DNA of 64,000 nt from Pseudomonadales bacterium. Lineage in GTDB: Bacteria > Pseudomonadota > Gammaproteobacteria > Pseudomonadales > Pseudohongiellaceae. Shown piece by piece: positions 46,208 to 54,043 of this stretch. The position numbers and the translations under genes are program-made. The stretch is from positions 1,288,368 to 1,352,367 of the forward strand of contig OY761612.1 of NCBI GenBank assembly GCA_963664805.2, in the 5' to 3' direction. Within the stretch, counting starts at the first letter, position 1; every line of letters begins with the position of its first letter. The notes beneath the pieces were generated by a model, which saw nothing but the letters and a program-made list of their open reading frames with translations, did not search any database and was not told where the DNA came from.

Positions 46208-46462
46208 ATGAATCGCCAACACCAACGAACCCTGGACGCAATTTTTCGCCATCCGACGAGCGGAAACATAAAGTGGCGAGACATTGAAATGTTGTTGCTG
46301 GAGCCCGGCGCCGAAATCAGCGAGAGAGAAGGTTCTCGGAAAGGCGTTCGACTGTTCGGTGAACGGCGGGTATTCCATCGGCCACACCCGCAGCCCACTA
46401 CGGACAAGGGAGCCGTGGCGAGCATTCGGGAATGGCTTCGCACAAACGGGGTGAAACCGTGA
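46208..46462 (+). CDS. hicA: Type II toxin HicA (YcfA-like mRNA interferase)
   Basis: 84-aa ORF, MNRQHQRTLDAIFRHPTSGNIKWRDIEMLL...GSRKGVRLFGERRVFHRPHP, directly followed by the hicB-like gene. Confidence 0.7.
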   Translation: MNRQHQRTLDAIFRHPTSGNIKWRDIEMLLLEPGAEISEREGSRKGVRLFGERRVFHRPHPQPTTDKGAVASIREWLRTNGVKP

Positions 46463-46470
46463 AAAATATC

Positions 46471-46800
46471 ATGGAAATCAATGGCTACCGGGCTATCATT
46501 CAATTCGACCCGGAAATTGAAATGTTTCGGGGCGAATTTGTTGACCTACAAGGCGGAGCGGACTTTTACGCAACCGACATCGACAACCTCAAGCGGGAAG
46601 GCGCCGCTTCGCTACGGGTTTATTTCGACATATGCCGGGAAGACGGCGTAGAACCCGCGAGGCCCTTTTCCGGGAAACTCAACTTGCGGCTGTCTCCCGG
46701 ACTGCACGCCGATATCGCTGCCGCCGCCGCCGCTGAAGGCAAGAGCCTCAATCAATGGATAAACGACGAATTGCGCACCGCAGTCGCCGATTCGCCCTGA
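46471..46800 (+). CDS. hicB: Type II antitoxin HicB with a C-terminal ribbon-helix-helix
   Basis: MEINGYRAIIQFDPEIEMFRGEFVDLQGGADFYATD...GKLNLRLSPGLHADIAAAAAAEGKSLNQWINDEL. An in-frame GTG at 46459 overlaps the hicA stop and could be the start. Confidence 0.7.
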   Translation: MEINGYRAIIQFDPEIEMFRGEFVDLQGGADFYATDIDNLKREGAASLRVYFDICREDGVEPARPFSGKLNLRLSPGLHADIAAAAAAEGKSLNQWINDELRTAVADSP

Positions 46801-46835
46801 AAAACAGCCTGCTTACCGGAACTATCTACCTACGA

Positions 46836-47021
46836 TCAATTGGGCAGACCCTGTTCGTCATACAACAGGCCGCCATGCTCGACCGCGGACGGTGCCGGCT
46901 TGAGCGACTTCGCGCAGCGCCTGCCAATGACGAGCAGATCGCTGACGCCGGTATCCGCATCCGTCCGGCGCCTCTCGCGTTCGAGGCGCTCACGGAGCGC
47001 CGCAGTGATTGCATCGGTCAT
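46836..47021 (-). pseudogene. Orphan fragment of a VapB/FitA-type (PSK_trans_fac-like) antitoxin
   Basis: 61-aa ORF, MTDAITAALRERLERERRR...GLLYDEQGLPN, resembles the C-terminal two-thirds of such antitoxins. There is no adjacent PIN toxin, and the upstream in-frame sequence is unrelated. Confidence 0.35.
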
Positions 47022-47080
47022 CGCGTAACCTTTGTCAATCTGAAATGGTCGGCTTGTTTGCGAGTTGAATCAACTCGACC

Positions 47081-47920
47081 CTACTTGCCTTGCACGACCT
47101 CGTTGCGCAAGGTGCCGATGCCTTCCAGTTCGACTTCGTAGACATCGCCGGGAACCATGGCGCGAGTGCTGCCCATGGTGCCTGACCAGATCATGTCGCC
47201 GGGCATGAGCGTGAAAAAGCGGGAAATGTAGCTGACCATTTCCTCCATGCCGAAGATCAGGTCGGAGGAATTCTCGCTTTGCACGACTTCGCCGTTGTGG
47301 CGGCCGGTGATCTGGATGTTCTTGTAGTCGGCGTCCTTGTACAGCACGGGCCCGATGGCGTTGAATCCGCGGGCGCCCTTGGCGCGCACCCACTGGATGT
47401 CGCCTGACTGCCAGGCGCGTTCGCTGACGTCGTTGCCCGCTGTGACGCCGAAGATGTACTCATGCGCGTCTTCCACCGCCACGTTCTCGGCGCGCTTGCC
47501 GATCACGATGGCCATCTCGGCTTCGTAATGCAGGTTCTGGGATCCCGCAGGGCGTACGATCGGATCTTCCGGTCCCACCAGCGAGCTTGCCGGTACGATG
47601 AACAGGCCCGGTTCCTCGGCCGGATCGCCCGAAATGTGGCTGCGGAAGTTGAAGGCGGTCATGAATATCTGGTTCGGCTCGGCGGGCGCTTCGAGTTTTA
47701 CGGTGCTGCGCTCGTGCCAGACGCCGGTATGCTCCATGGTCTCGTAAGGCGCGCCTTCGAGTTGCCATACCTGGTCGCCATGCACCATGCCCCAGGAAAT
47801 CTCTCCCCCATCCTGGGAATAGCGGACGAAAATCTCCGGCTCCGCTTCCTCCTGCGCGAAAGTCGGCGCGCTCACGATGACGGCGGCAAGCACGGTCAAC
47901 AGGGTTTGCAAGCGGTTCAT
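47081..47920 (-). CDS. Fumarylacetoacetate hydrolase (FAH) family protein with a signal peptide
   Basis: Signal MNRLQTLLTVLAAVIVSAPTFAQ. FAH motifs are LHYEAEMAIVIGK, IFGVTAGNDVSERAWQ and LMPGDMIWSGT. Confidence 0.7.
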   Translation of the reverse strand: MNRLQTLLTVLAAVIVSAPTFAQEEAEPEIFVRYSQDGGEISWGMVHGDQVWQLEGAPYETMEHTGVWHERSTVKLEAPAEPNQIFMTAFNFRSHISGDPAEEPGLFIVPASSLVGPEDPIVRPAGSQNLHYEAEMAIVIGKRAENVAVEDAHEYIFGVTAGNDVSERAWQSGDIQWVRAKGARGFNAIGPVLYKDADYKNIQITGRHNGEVVQSENSSDLIFGMEEMVSYISRFFTLMPGDMIWSGTMGSTRAMVPGDVYEVELEGIGTLRNEVVQGK

Positions 47921-48026
47921 TATGGTCTCCTCTCAGGGAATGCCTTGCGGCGATGAAATCAGGTCGATGCTAAGCGCATCCCCCGGTGTGGTCAATACCG
48001 GGGGAACCGGGCTCAAGTTTCGCGAT

Positions 48027-48139
48027 GAGATTCTGCGACTCCGCTTCGCTCCGCGCAGAATGACGAAGAGGGGCGCGCTTCGCTCCGTGCGGAATGACGA
48101 AGGAGGAGACTGTCATTCCGCGCGAAGTCGCGGAATCTC
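48027..48139. repeat. Cluster of family B palindromic repeats
   Basis: gagattctgcgactccgcttcgctccgcgcagaatgac...gcttcgctccgtgcggaatgac...gtcattccgcgcgaagtcgcggaatc. Confidence 0.7.
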
Positions 48140-48167
48140 ACCGAGTCGGCGGAGCATCCGATTGCGG

Positions 48168-49913
48168 CTAGCGGGCTTCGACGCGGACGGTGACGATGTC
48201 GATGTCGCGGTATTGCTGGTGGCTGACCGAGGAGGCCGCGTGGCGCAGCAGCCGCAGCGACACGTCGCGGTCGGCCGAGGGTTCCGAGGGCGTATCCTTG
48301 ATAACCGTCAGCAAGTCCTGGATGTTTTCGCCGCCCGGCGAGGCGATGAATTCGAGCACGGCGTCGCCGCCGTCGCGGAAGGCCACGATTTGCAAGCTTC
48401 GCTCAGGCCGCGGTTCTTCGGTTTCGTCTTCGTCGCCGAGCAAGGTGTACAGCGTTTCTTCGCCGGCGAGTTCGAGCCGACCTTCCATTCGGCTGTCCAT
48501 GTCGTTGTGCGCCGCGAATTTCGCCAGGAACTTCTGGATCAGCGGCAGCGTCGTGGCCTCAAGCGGCATTTCGATCGTGCGCTGGCGCGGCGCCGTGGCC
48601 ATCACGAACAGGTTCATGAGCATGGCGCAAAGGCCGCCCGCCGTCATGCCGTTTTGCAACAGGCCGCCGGCGAATCCGGATACGATTTCGGGAAAGATCA
48701 CCCCGCTTTGGCAGCCGACGCCGATCCAGAACGAAACGCCGACGATGACCCCGCCGCGATAGTCGATGCCGTGTTGCACGACGATCTTCATGCCGAGCAC
48801 GAACAGCATCGAGAGCAACACTGTGGTGTACGCGCCCACGACCGGGCCGGGAATCGCCAGAATCAAGGCGAGAAACTTCGGCGAGAACGCCGCGATGACG
48901 AATGTCAGGCCCAGCGCGACGCCGACCCGCCGCGAGGCGACGCCGGTCAGTTCGGTGACGGCGACGCTCGAAGAATAGGTCGTGTTCGGCACCGTGCCCG
49001 CCAGACCGGAGAGCAGGTTGCCGAGCCCGTCGGCGCCGACCGCGCCTTGCACCGCGCGGAAATCTATCGCTCTAGGCTTGCGCCAGGAGACGCGCTGAAT
49101 CGCGACCGAATCGCCGATGGTTTCGATCGCCCCGATCAGCGTGACGAAAATGAAACTCGGCAGCAGCGTCCAGAACACGGCGCCGAATTCCAGGTTGATG
49201 CCGGGCCAGCCCGTGGCCGGCACTCCCACCCAGGCGGCGTCGGCGATGCGCTGGAAATCGTAAAGCCCGAACAGCATGGAAACCAGCGAGCCGGCGACGA
49301 CGCCGATGACCAGCGCCCAGAGCCGCAACGCGCCCGTCGCCTTCAGCGCGATCAGCACGACGACGAGCAAGGCGCCGAGCGCGCTGATCGGCGCTCCGAT
49401 CGGGCTGGCGTCGGCGGGAATATCTTCGAGCAAATCCCAGATGATCGGCATTACGGTGACGGGGATGAGCATGATGATGGTGCCGGATACGACCGGGGTG
49501 AGAATGCGCCGCAACAGCGACAGCCGCGCCGACAAGGTGAACTGGAACAGCGAAGAAGCGATCACCAGCGCCGCGAGCACCGCCGGGCCGCCCTCGATCA
49601 GGGCAGTGACACAAACCGCGATGAACGCCCCCGAAGTGCCCATGGCCAGCACATAGCCCGCGCCGATGCGGCCCACGCGAACCGCCTGTATGACGGTGCT
49701 GACGCCACTGACGATGACGGCCGCGAACACCGCCCAATTGAGATAGGATTCGCTGCCTTCGGCGGCGCGGATCACGATCGCGGGGGTCAATACGATGCCG
49801 GCGACGCAAAGCAGGGCGAGTTGCAGCCCGAGACCGGCCGTCAGCGATCCGGGCGGGTTCTCGTCGGCTTCGTAGCGGATGCTCGAGTGCTGGTCGTTTT
49901 CTTCCGCGTCCAT
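48168..49913 (-). CDS. NCS2-family nucleobase:cation symporter-like permease with an extra ~130-aa cytoplasmic C-terminal domain
   Basis: 581-aa polytopic ORF with xanthine/uracil-permease-like segments (AFIAVCV, GIETIGDSVAIQR, NTTYSSSVAVTELTGVASRR). The C-terminal soluble tail begins near RTIEMPLEATTLPLIQKF. Confidence 0.6.
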   Translation of the reverse strand: MDAEENDQHSSIRYEADENPPGSLTAGLGLQLALLCVAGIVLTPAIVIRAAEGSESYLNWAVFAAVIVSGVSTVIQAVRVGRIGAGYVLAMGTSGAFIAVCVTALIEGGPAVLAALVIASSLFQFTLSARLSLLRRILTPVVSGTIIMLIPVTVMPIIWDLLEDIPADASPIGAPISALGALLVVVLIALKATGALRLWALVIGVVAGSLVSMLFGLYDFQRIADAAWVGVPATGWPGINLEFGAVFWTLLPSFIFVTLIGAIETIGDSVAIQRVSWRKPRAIDFRAVQGAVGADGLGNLLSGLAGTVPNTTYSSSVAVTELTGVASRRVGVALGLTFVIAAFSPKFLALILAIPGPVVGAYTTVLLSMLFVLGMKIVVQHGIDYRGGVIVGVSFWIGVGCQSGVIFPEIVSGFAGGLLQNGMTAGGLCAMLMNLFVMATAPRQRTIEMPLEATTLPLIQKFLAKFAAHNDMDSRMEGRLELAGEETLYTLLGDEDETEEPRPERSLQIVAFRDGGDAVLEFIASPGGENIQDLLTVIKDTPSEPSADRDVSLRLLRHAASSVSHQQYRDIDIVTVRVEAR

Positions 49914-49935
49914 GTTCGTCTCCTTCTCTGCGCAG

Positions 49936-51597
49936 CTAGATCTCGTTGCTCCGGGCGAACCGGTCGATATGTTCCGCCGCGCGGAAGGCCAGCGCCATGA
50001 TCGTCATGGTCGGCTGGCCGCGGCTTGAGGTGACCAGGGAACTGCCGTCGCATAGGAACAGGTTGGGCACGTCATGGGAGCGGTGGTGGCGGTCGATGAC
50101 CGAAGTTGCCGGGTCGTCGCCCATGCGGCAGGTGCCGAGCATGTGCGAACTGTTGGTCTGGCCGTCTTCCGGATAGGTCGCGTGGATTTGCAGGGCGCCC
50201 GCCGCTTCCATCATTTCCACCGAACGTTCCATGAAAAAGCGCATGGTCGCGAGATCGTCCGGGTGATCCATATAGGTGCAGCGGATCGCCGGACGGCCCC
50301 ATTTGTCCCGCACTTCCGGGTCCAGCGTGATGTTGTTCGAATCGAGCGGCAAGGACGTGGTATGGCCGTCGAAGGCCGCGGTATGGTTGAATTCCTCCCG
50401 CAGCCGCGCCTTGTATTCGGCGCCCCAGGTCGGCCCGCCCAGCATGCTGCTCGCGAGCGCGGACTCCATCGGCGTGCCGCTGCGCACCGGGTGGCGCCCG
50501 TCGATGCCGCCGCCGCCGTAGAAGCCTTCGGCGGGATCGATTTCGTACCAGTCATGCACGACGCGGGTCGCGGGGATGCTCTTCCAGGCGTTGACGGGTT
50601 CCGGGAACAGTCCGGTCACTTCGCTGTAGCCATTGAACATGAGATTGCGGCCGACGAATCCGCTGCTGTTGGCCAGCCCGTCGGGATGCCGGGGCGATTC
50701 CGACATCAGCAACAGCCGCGGCGTTTCCGCGCCATTGGCGCAAATCACCACGGCGCGGGCGCGCTGGGATTGTTCCGCGCCGTCTTCCCCGAAATAGACA
50801 ACCTCGCTGGCGCGCCCTGATGCATCGGTTTCCACCCGGGAGACCGTGCAATGCGTGCGCAACTCGTAATTGCCCGAAGCGAGCGCGGCGGGAATCATGG
50901 TGATCATCGAAGAGGACTTGGCGTTCACCTCGCAGCCGAAGCCCAGGCAGAAACCGCAATGAATGCAGCCCGGCCTGCCGTTGTGGGGCTGGGACAGGAT
51001 CGCCACCGGCGCCGGATAGGCGGTGCGGCCAAGCGCCCTCGCGCCGCGTTCGAGCAGCACGTCCGAGCCTTTCACCGGCATCGGCGGGCAGGGATAGTCG
51101 CGCGAGCGCGGCGGGTCCCACGGACCTTGCAGGCCGGACACGCCGACTTCCCAGTCCACCCGGGTGTAATAGGGTTCGAGTTCTTCGTAGCGGATCGGCC
51201 AATCGGCGAAATTCGTGCCGGCGATCGTGCCGCGCGCGCTGGCTTCCATGAAATCAATCGGCCGCAAGCGCCAGAAATTGCCGGAAAAATGCAAGCTGCT
51301 GCCGCCGACGTTATGCGCGTAATTGCATACCCTGTCGCGCACGGTCGCGGTCTCGTCCGCGGATTTGCGGAATGTCTGCGGATGCCCCTGGCGGTGGCTC
51401 CAGGTCAGGTCGTGATTGTTGAAGGTGCCCCATTCGTCGTGCCGGAAGTCGGCCGCCTGCAAATGCGGGCCCTGTTCCAGCTGCACGACCGAATGCCCGG
51501 CTTCCGCGAGTTCCTTCGCGACGACGCCGCCCGCCGCGCCGGAACCGACTACGACGAAATCGACTGCTTCCCGGGTCGGGAACGACGCGCCGGCCAT
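49936..51597 (-). CDS. GMC-family FAD oxidoreductase (gluconate 2-dehydrogenase flavoprotein-like)
   Basis: Trimmed to MAGASFPTREAVDFVVVGSGAAGGVVAKELAEAG (GxGxxG). The C-terminus has the GMC signature GTCRMGDDPATSVID. Confidence 0.75.
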   Translation of the reverse strand: MAGASFPTREAVDFVVVGSGAAGGVVAKELAEAGHSVVQLEQGPHLQAADFRHDEWGTFNNHDLTWSHRQGHPQTFRKSADETATVRDRVCNYAHNVGGSSLHFSGNFWRLRPIDFMEASARGTIAGTNFADWPIRYEELEPYYTRVDWEVGVSGLQGPWDPPRSRDYPCPPMPVKGSDVLLERGARALGRTAYPAPVAILSQPHNGRPGCIHCGFCLGFGCEVNAKSSSMITMIPAALASGNYELRTHCTVSRVETDASGRASEVVYFGEDGAEQSQRARAVVICANGAETPRLLLMSESPRHPDGLANSSGFVGRNLMFNGYSEVTGLFPEPVNAWKSIPATRVVHDWYEIDPAEGFYGGGGIDGRHPVRSGTPMESALASSMLGGPTWGAEYKARLREEFNHTAAFDGHTTSLPLDSNNITLDPEVRDKWGRPAIRCTYMDHPDDLATMRFFMERSVEMMEAAGALQIHATYPEDGQTNSSHMLGTCRMGDDPATSVIDRHHRSHDVPNLFLCDGSSLVTSSRGQPTMTIMALAFRAAEHIDRFARSNEI

Positions 51598-51599
51598 GC

Positions 51600-52184
51600 C
51601 TATTGCCCTCCCCTGTTCATATAGTCCTCGTCGTAGAAGCCGAAGGGCGGCTGCCACACGCTGCGCGGCTCGTAGCCGATCAGTTCATTGCCGACGCCGT
51701 CGCGGTTGCCGCCGTATTCCGGCAAGGCGAACATGCCGGCGACGGTGAGATAGCGGATCGTGGCGAAAAAATCGGTGTTTTCGATCTCGCGCAGCAGTTG
51801 GTCCTGTTGTTTGGCGTTCAAGGCGGAGAAACTCGCGGCCTGAAATTCGGCGTTTGCCCGGTTTTGCAATTCCTCCAGGCCGTCGCGCAGGATTTGCAAT
51901 TCCCGTTCACGCTGGTCGCCGAGCACGGCGTCCATGAAATGCACGGCCCCGGCTTCCCGGGCGCCGGGGGTGTTGTCCGGCGGAATGATGCGGTCGGCGA
52001 TGGCTGCGAATTCCTCCGCCTCTTCGCCGCCCAGGAGTTGCAGGCCGATGCCGTCGAGTTGATTTTGCCCGGCGCGGGAGCACGCGGCGAGTATCGCCGG
52101 CATGCTGAGCGCGATCGCCGAACGCGGCAACGCTTCCAGCGTCGATCTCAGCAATGCGCGGCGGGAAAGAATGTGGCGTCGCAT
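51600..52184 (-). CDS. Tat-exported small subunit (gluconate 2-dehydrogenase subunit 3-like)
   Basis: Twin-arginine leader MRRHILSRRALLRSTLE. 194 aa. It ends 2 nt upstream of the GMC gene start. Confidence 0.6.
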   Translation of the reverse strand: MRRHILSRRALLRSTLEALPRSAIALSMPAILAACSRAGQNQLDGIGLQLLGGEEAEEFAAIADRIIPPDNTPGAREAGAVHFMDAVLGDQRERELQILRDGLEELQNRANAEFQAASFSALNAKQQDQLLREIENTDFFATIRYLTVAGMFALPEYGGNRDGVGNELIGYEPRSVWQPPFGFYDEDYMNRGGQ

Positions 52185-52501
52185 TTCCTCAACAGGTCGA
52201 AAACGCCCCGATCGCCCCCGGGCGAATCCGGGCAGACCCCCCTATGTCTACCCGCCGACTATAGCACATCCGCGGCGCATGGCGGCCAAGCCTTTGGCAG
52301 CGTGCTCCGCATCGCCGACGTTTCGCCAAACGCAGGCAGATGGTACGGTTTGGCGGGGGATTCAGGAGGCTGAGCGGGAAGTGAACGAATTCAAATTGGA
52401 TACTTCCGCTCGCCTGGAACGCATCGAACTGTTGCTGCAACTGGTGGTGCGCGGTTCCGACCTTGAATCCCCGGAGAACGTGGCTCCAAACAAACCTCAA
52501 C

Positions 52502-53991
52502 CCTAGGAGTCTGTCGGATTTAGGTTGAGGTAAAATCGTTTTCAGGTTGTTGGAGGGTATTTTACCGATGTCTTCGAAGTTTCGCCTCGTGGACCGGGAC
52601 ACGCTTTATCTTTTGCCGCCGTCGGTGCGGGACCGGCTGCCGGAGGATCATCTGGCGCGTTTTGTGGTGGAGATTGTGGACCGGCTGGACCTGGGCGCGT
52701 TGGAGCGTGCATACGGTGACGGCGGCAAGGATCCGTACCATCCGTCGCTGTTGCTGGGTTTGCTGTTTTACGGGTACGCGACCGGCGTGTTTTCGAGCCG
52801 CAAGCTGGAGCGGGCGACCTACGATTCGGTGGCGTTCCGTTTCGTTGCGGCGAACGCGCATCCGGACCATGACACGATCGCGTCTTTCCGCAAGCGTTTC
52901 CTCGGGGAGTGGCGGGGCTTTTTCGTAGAGATTCGGTTGATCGCGCGGGAGATGGGGCTGTTGCGACTGGGCAATGTGAGCCTGGACGGAACGAAGGTGC
53001 GGGCGAACGCGAGCAGGCGCAAGGCGCTGAGTTGGGGATACGCGAAGCGGCTTGAGGAGCAGTTGCGGGCCGAGGTGTCGGCGTTGCTGGACCGGGCCGA
53101 GGCTGCGGACGACGCGGCGCCCGGGCTGGACGTGCCGAAGGAGTTGAAGCGCCGGGAGGAGCGGCTGGCGGAGATCGGGCGCCGGGCGCGGGAGCGTTGC
53201 GCGGAGGAACAGGAGGAGTACGAGGAGAAGCTCAAGGCGCGGCGGGAAAAGGAGAAGGCGACGGGGCGCAAGCCCCGCGGCCGCGCGCCGAAGGCGCCGG
53301 AGCCGGGGCCGCGGGAGAAGGACCAGGTGAACCTGATGGACGCGGAATCGCGGGCGATGCCGACGGCGGACGGTTTCCAGCAAGCGTACAACGCGCAGTC
53401 GGCGGTGGACGTTGCGAGTTATCTGGTGGTGGCGGCGGACGTGGTGGACCGCTGCAACGACAAGCGGGAGGTCGAGCCGGCGCTGGCGGCGGCGTTGGGG
53501 AAGCCGGAAGCGCTGTTGGCGGACGCGGGTTATTTCAGCGGGGCGAACGTGGAACGTTGCGGGGCGGCGGAGTTGACGCCGCACATCGCCGTGGGCCGCG
53601 AGGCGCACCGCTTGCGGACGCCGGAGGGCCGGAAGCTGTACGCGAAGCGCAAGGCGACGGTGGAAACGGTGTTCGGCGTCATCAAGGAGACGATGGGGTT
53701 CCGGCGTTTCCATTTGCGCGGGCTGGAGGCGGCGCGCGGGGAATGGACGCTGGCCTGTCTGGCGTGGAACCTGAAACGGATGCACGCCTTGCGGTGAGGG
53801 GCGCGGTTGCCGTTTTTCCGCCGGAGGCGGTCATTCCCGACGCTGCCCGCGCCGATTTCGCGCCTGGGCGGCGTGATGCCGGAAGAGCGGCCCGAATCGG
53901 AAAAACCCGCCGCACCTGGCGACGGGCGCGAAAAAATCAGGAAACGCCTTGCCAAGCGATGTCAAAGCCTCAAAACCGACAGACTCCTAGG
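52502..53991 (+). mobile_element. IS1182/IS5-superfamily insertion sequence (~1.49 kb)
   Basis: The terminal inverted repeats are CCTAGGAGTCTGTCGGATTTAGG (left) and CCTAGGAGTCTGTCGGTTTTGAGG (reverse complement of the right end). It holds a single transposase ORF. Confidence 0.7.
52568..53797 (+). CDS. IS1182/IS5-type DDE transposase
   Basis: MSSKFRLVDRDTLYLLPPSVRDRLPEDHLARFVVEIVDRLDL...DPYHPSLLLGLLFYGYATGVFSSRKLERA...SLDGTKVRANAS...LLADAGYFS...VETVFGVIKETMGFRRFHLRGL. Confidence 0.75.
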   Translation: MSSKFRLVDRDTLYLLPPSVRDRLPEDHLARFVVEIVDRLDLGALERAYGDGGKDPYHPSLLLGLLFYGYATGVFSSRKLERATYDSVAFRFVAANAHPDHDTIASFRKRFLGEWRGFFVEIRLIAREMGLLRLGNVSLDGTKVRANASRRKALSWGYAKRLEEQLRAEVSALLDRAEAADDAAPGLDVPKELKRREERLAEIGRRARERCAEEQEEYEEKLKARREKEKATGRKPRGRAPKAPEPGPREKDQVNLMDAESRAMPTADGFQQAYNAQSAVDVASYLVVAADVVDRCNDKREVEPALAAALGKPEALLADAGYFSGANVERCGAAELTPHIAVGREAHRLRTPEGRKLYAKRKATVETVFGVIKETMGFRRFHLRGLEAARGEWTLACLAWNLKRMHALR

Positions 53992-54013
53992 TGTTTATTG
54001 ATGGATCGAATGC

Positions 54014-54035
54014 GGGCGCCGTCCGTGTGGCGCCC
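54014..54035 (-). terminator. Candidate terminator hairpin after the autotransporter gene
   Basis: gggcgcc-gtccgtgt-ggcgccc lies 8 nt beyond the stop. There is no U-tract, so the call is weak. Confidence 0.3.
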
Positions 54036-54043
54036 GCCTTCGG

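Noticed and set aside
47061-47077. The hairpin cgagttga-a-tcaactcg downstream of the FAH gene, considered as a terminator.
   Set aside because: The loop is too small and there is no U-tract on the relevant strand. I am not confident enough to list it as a feature.
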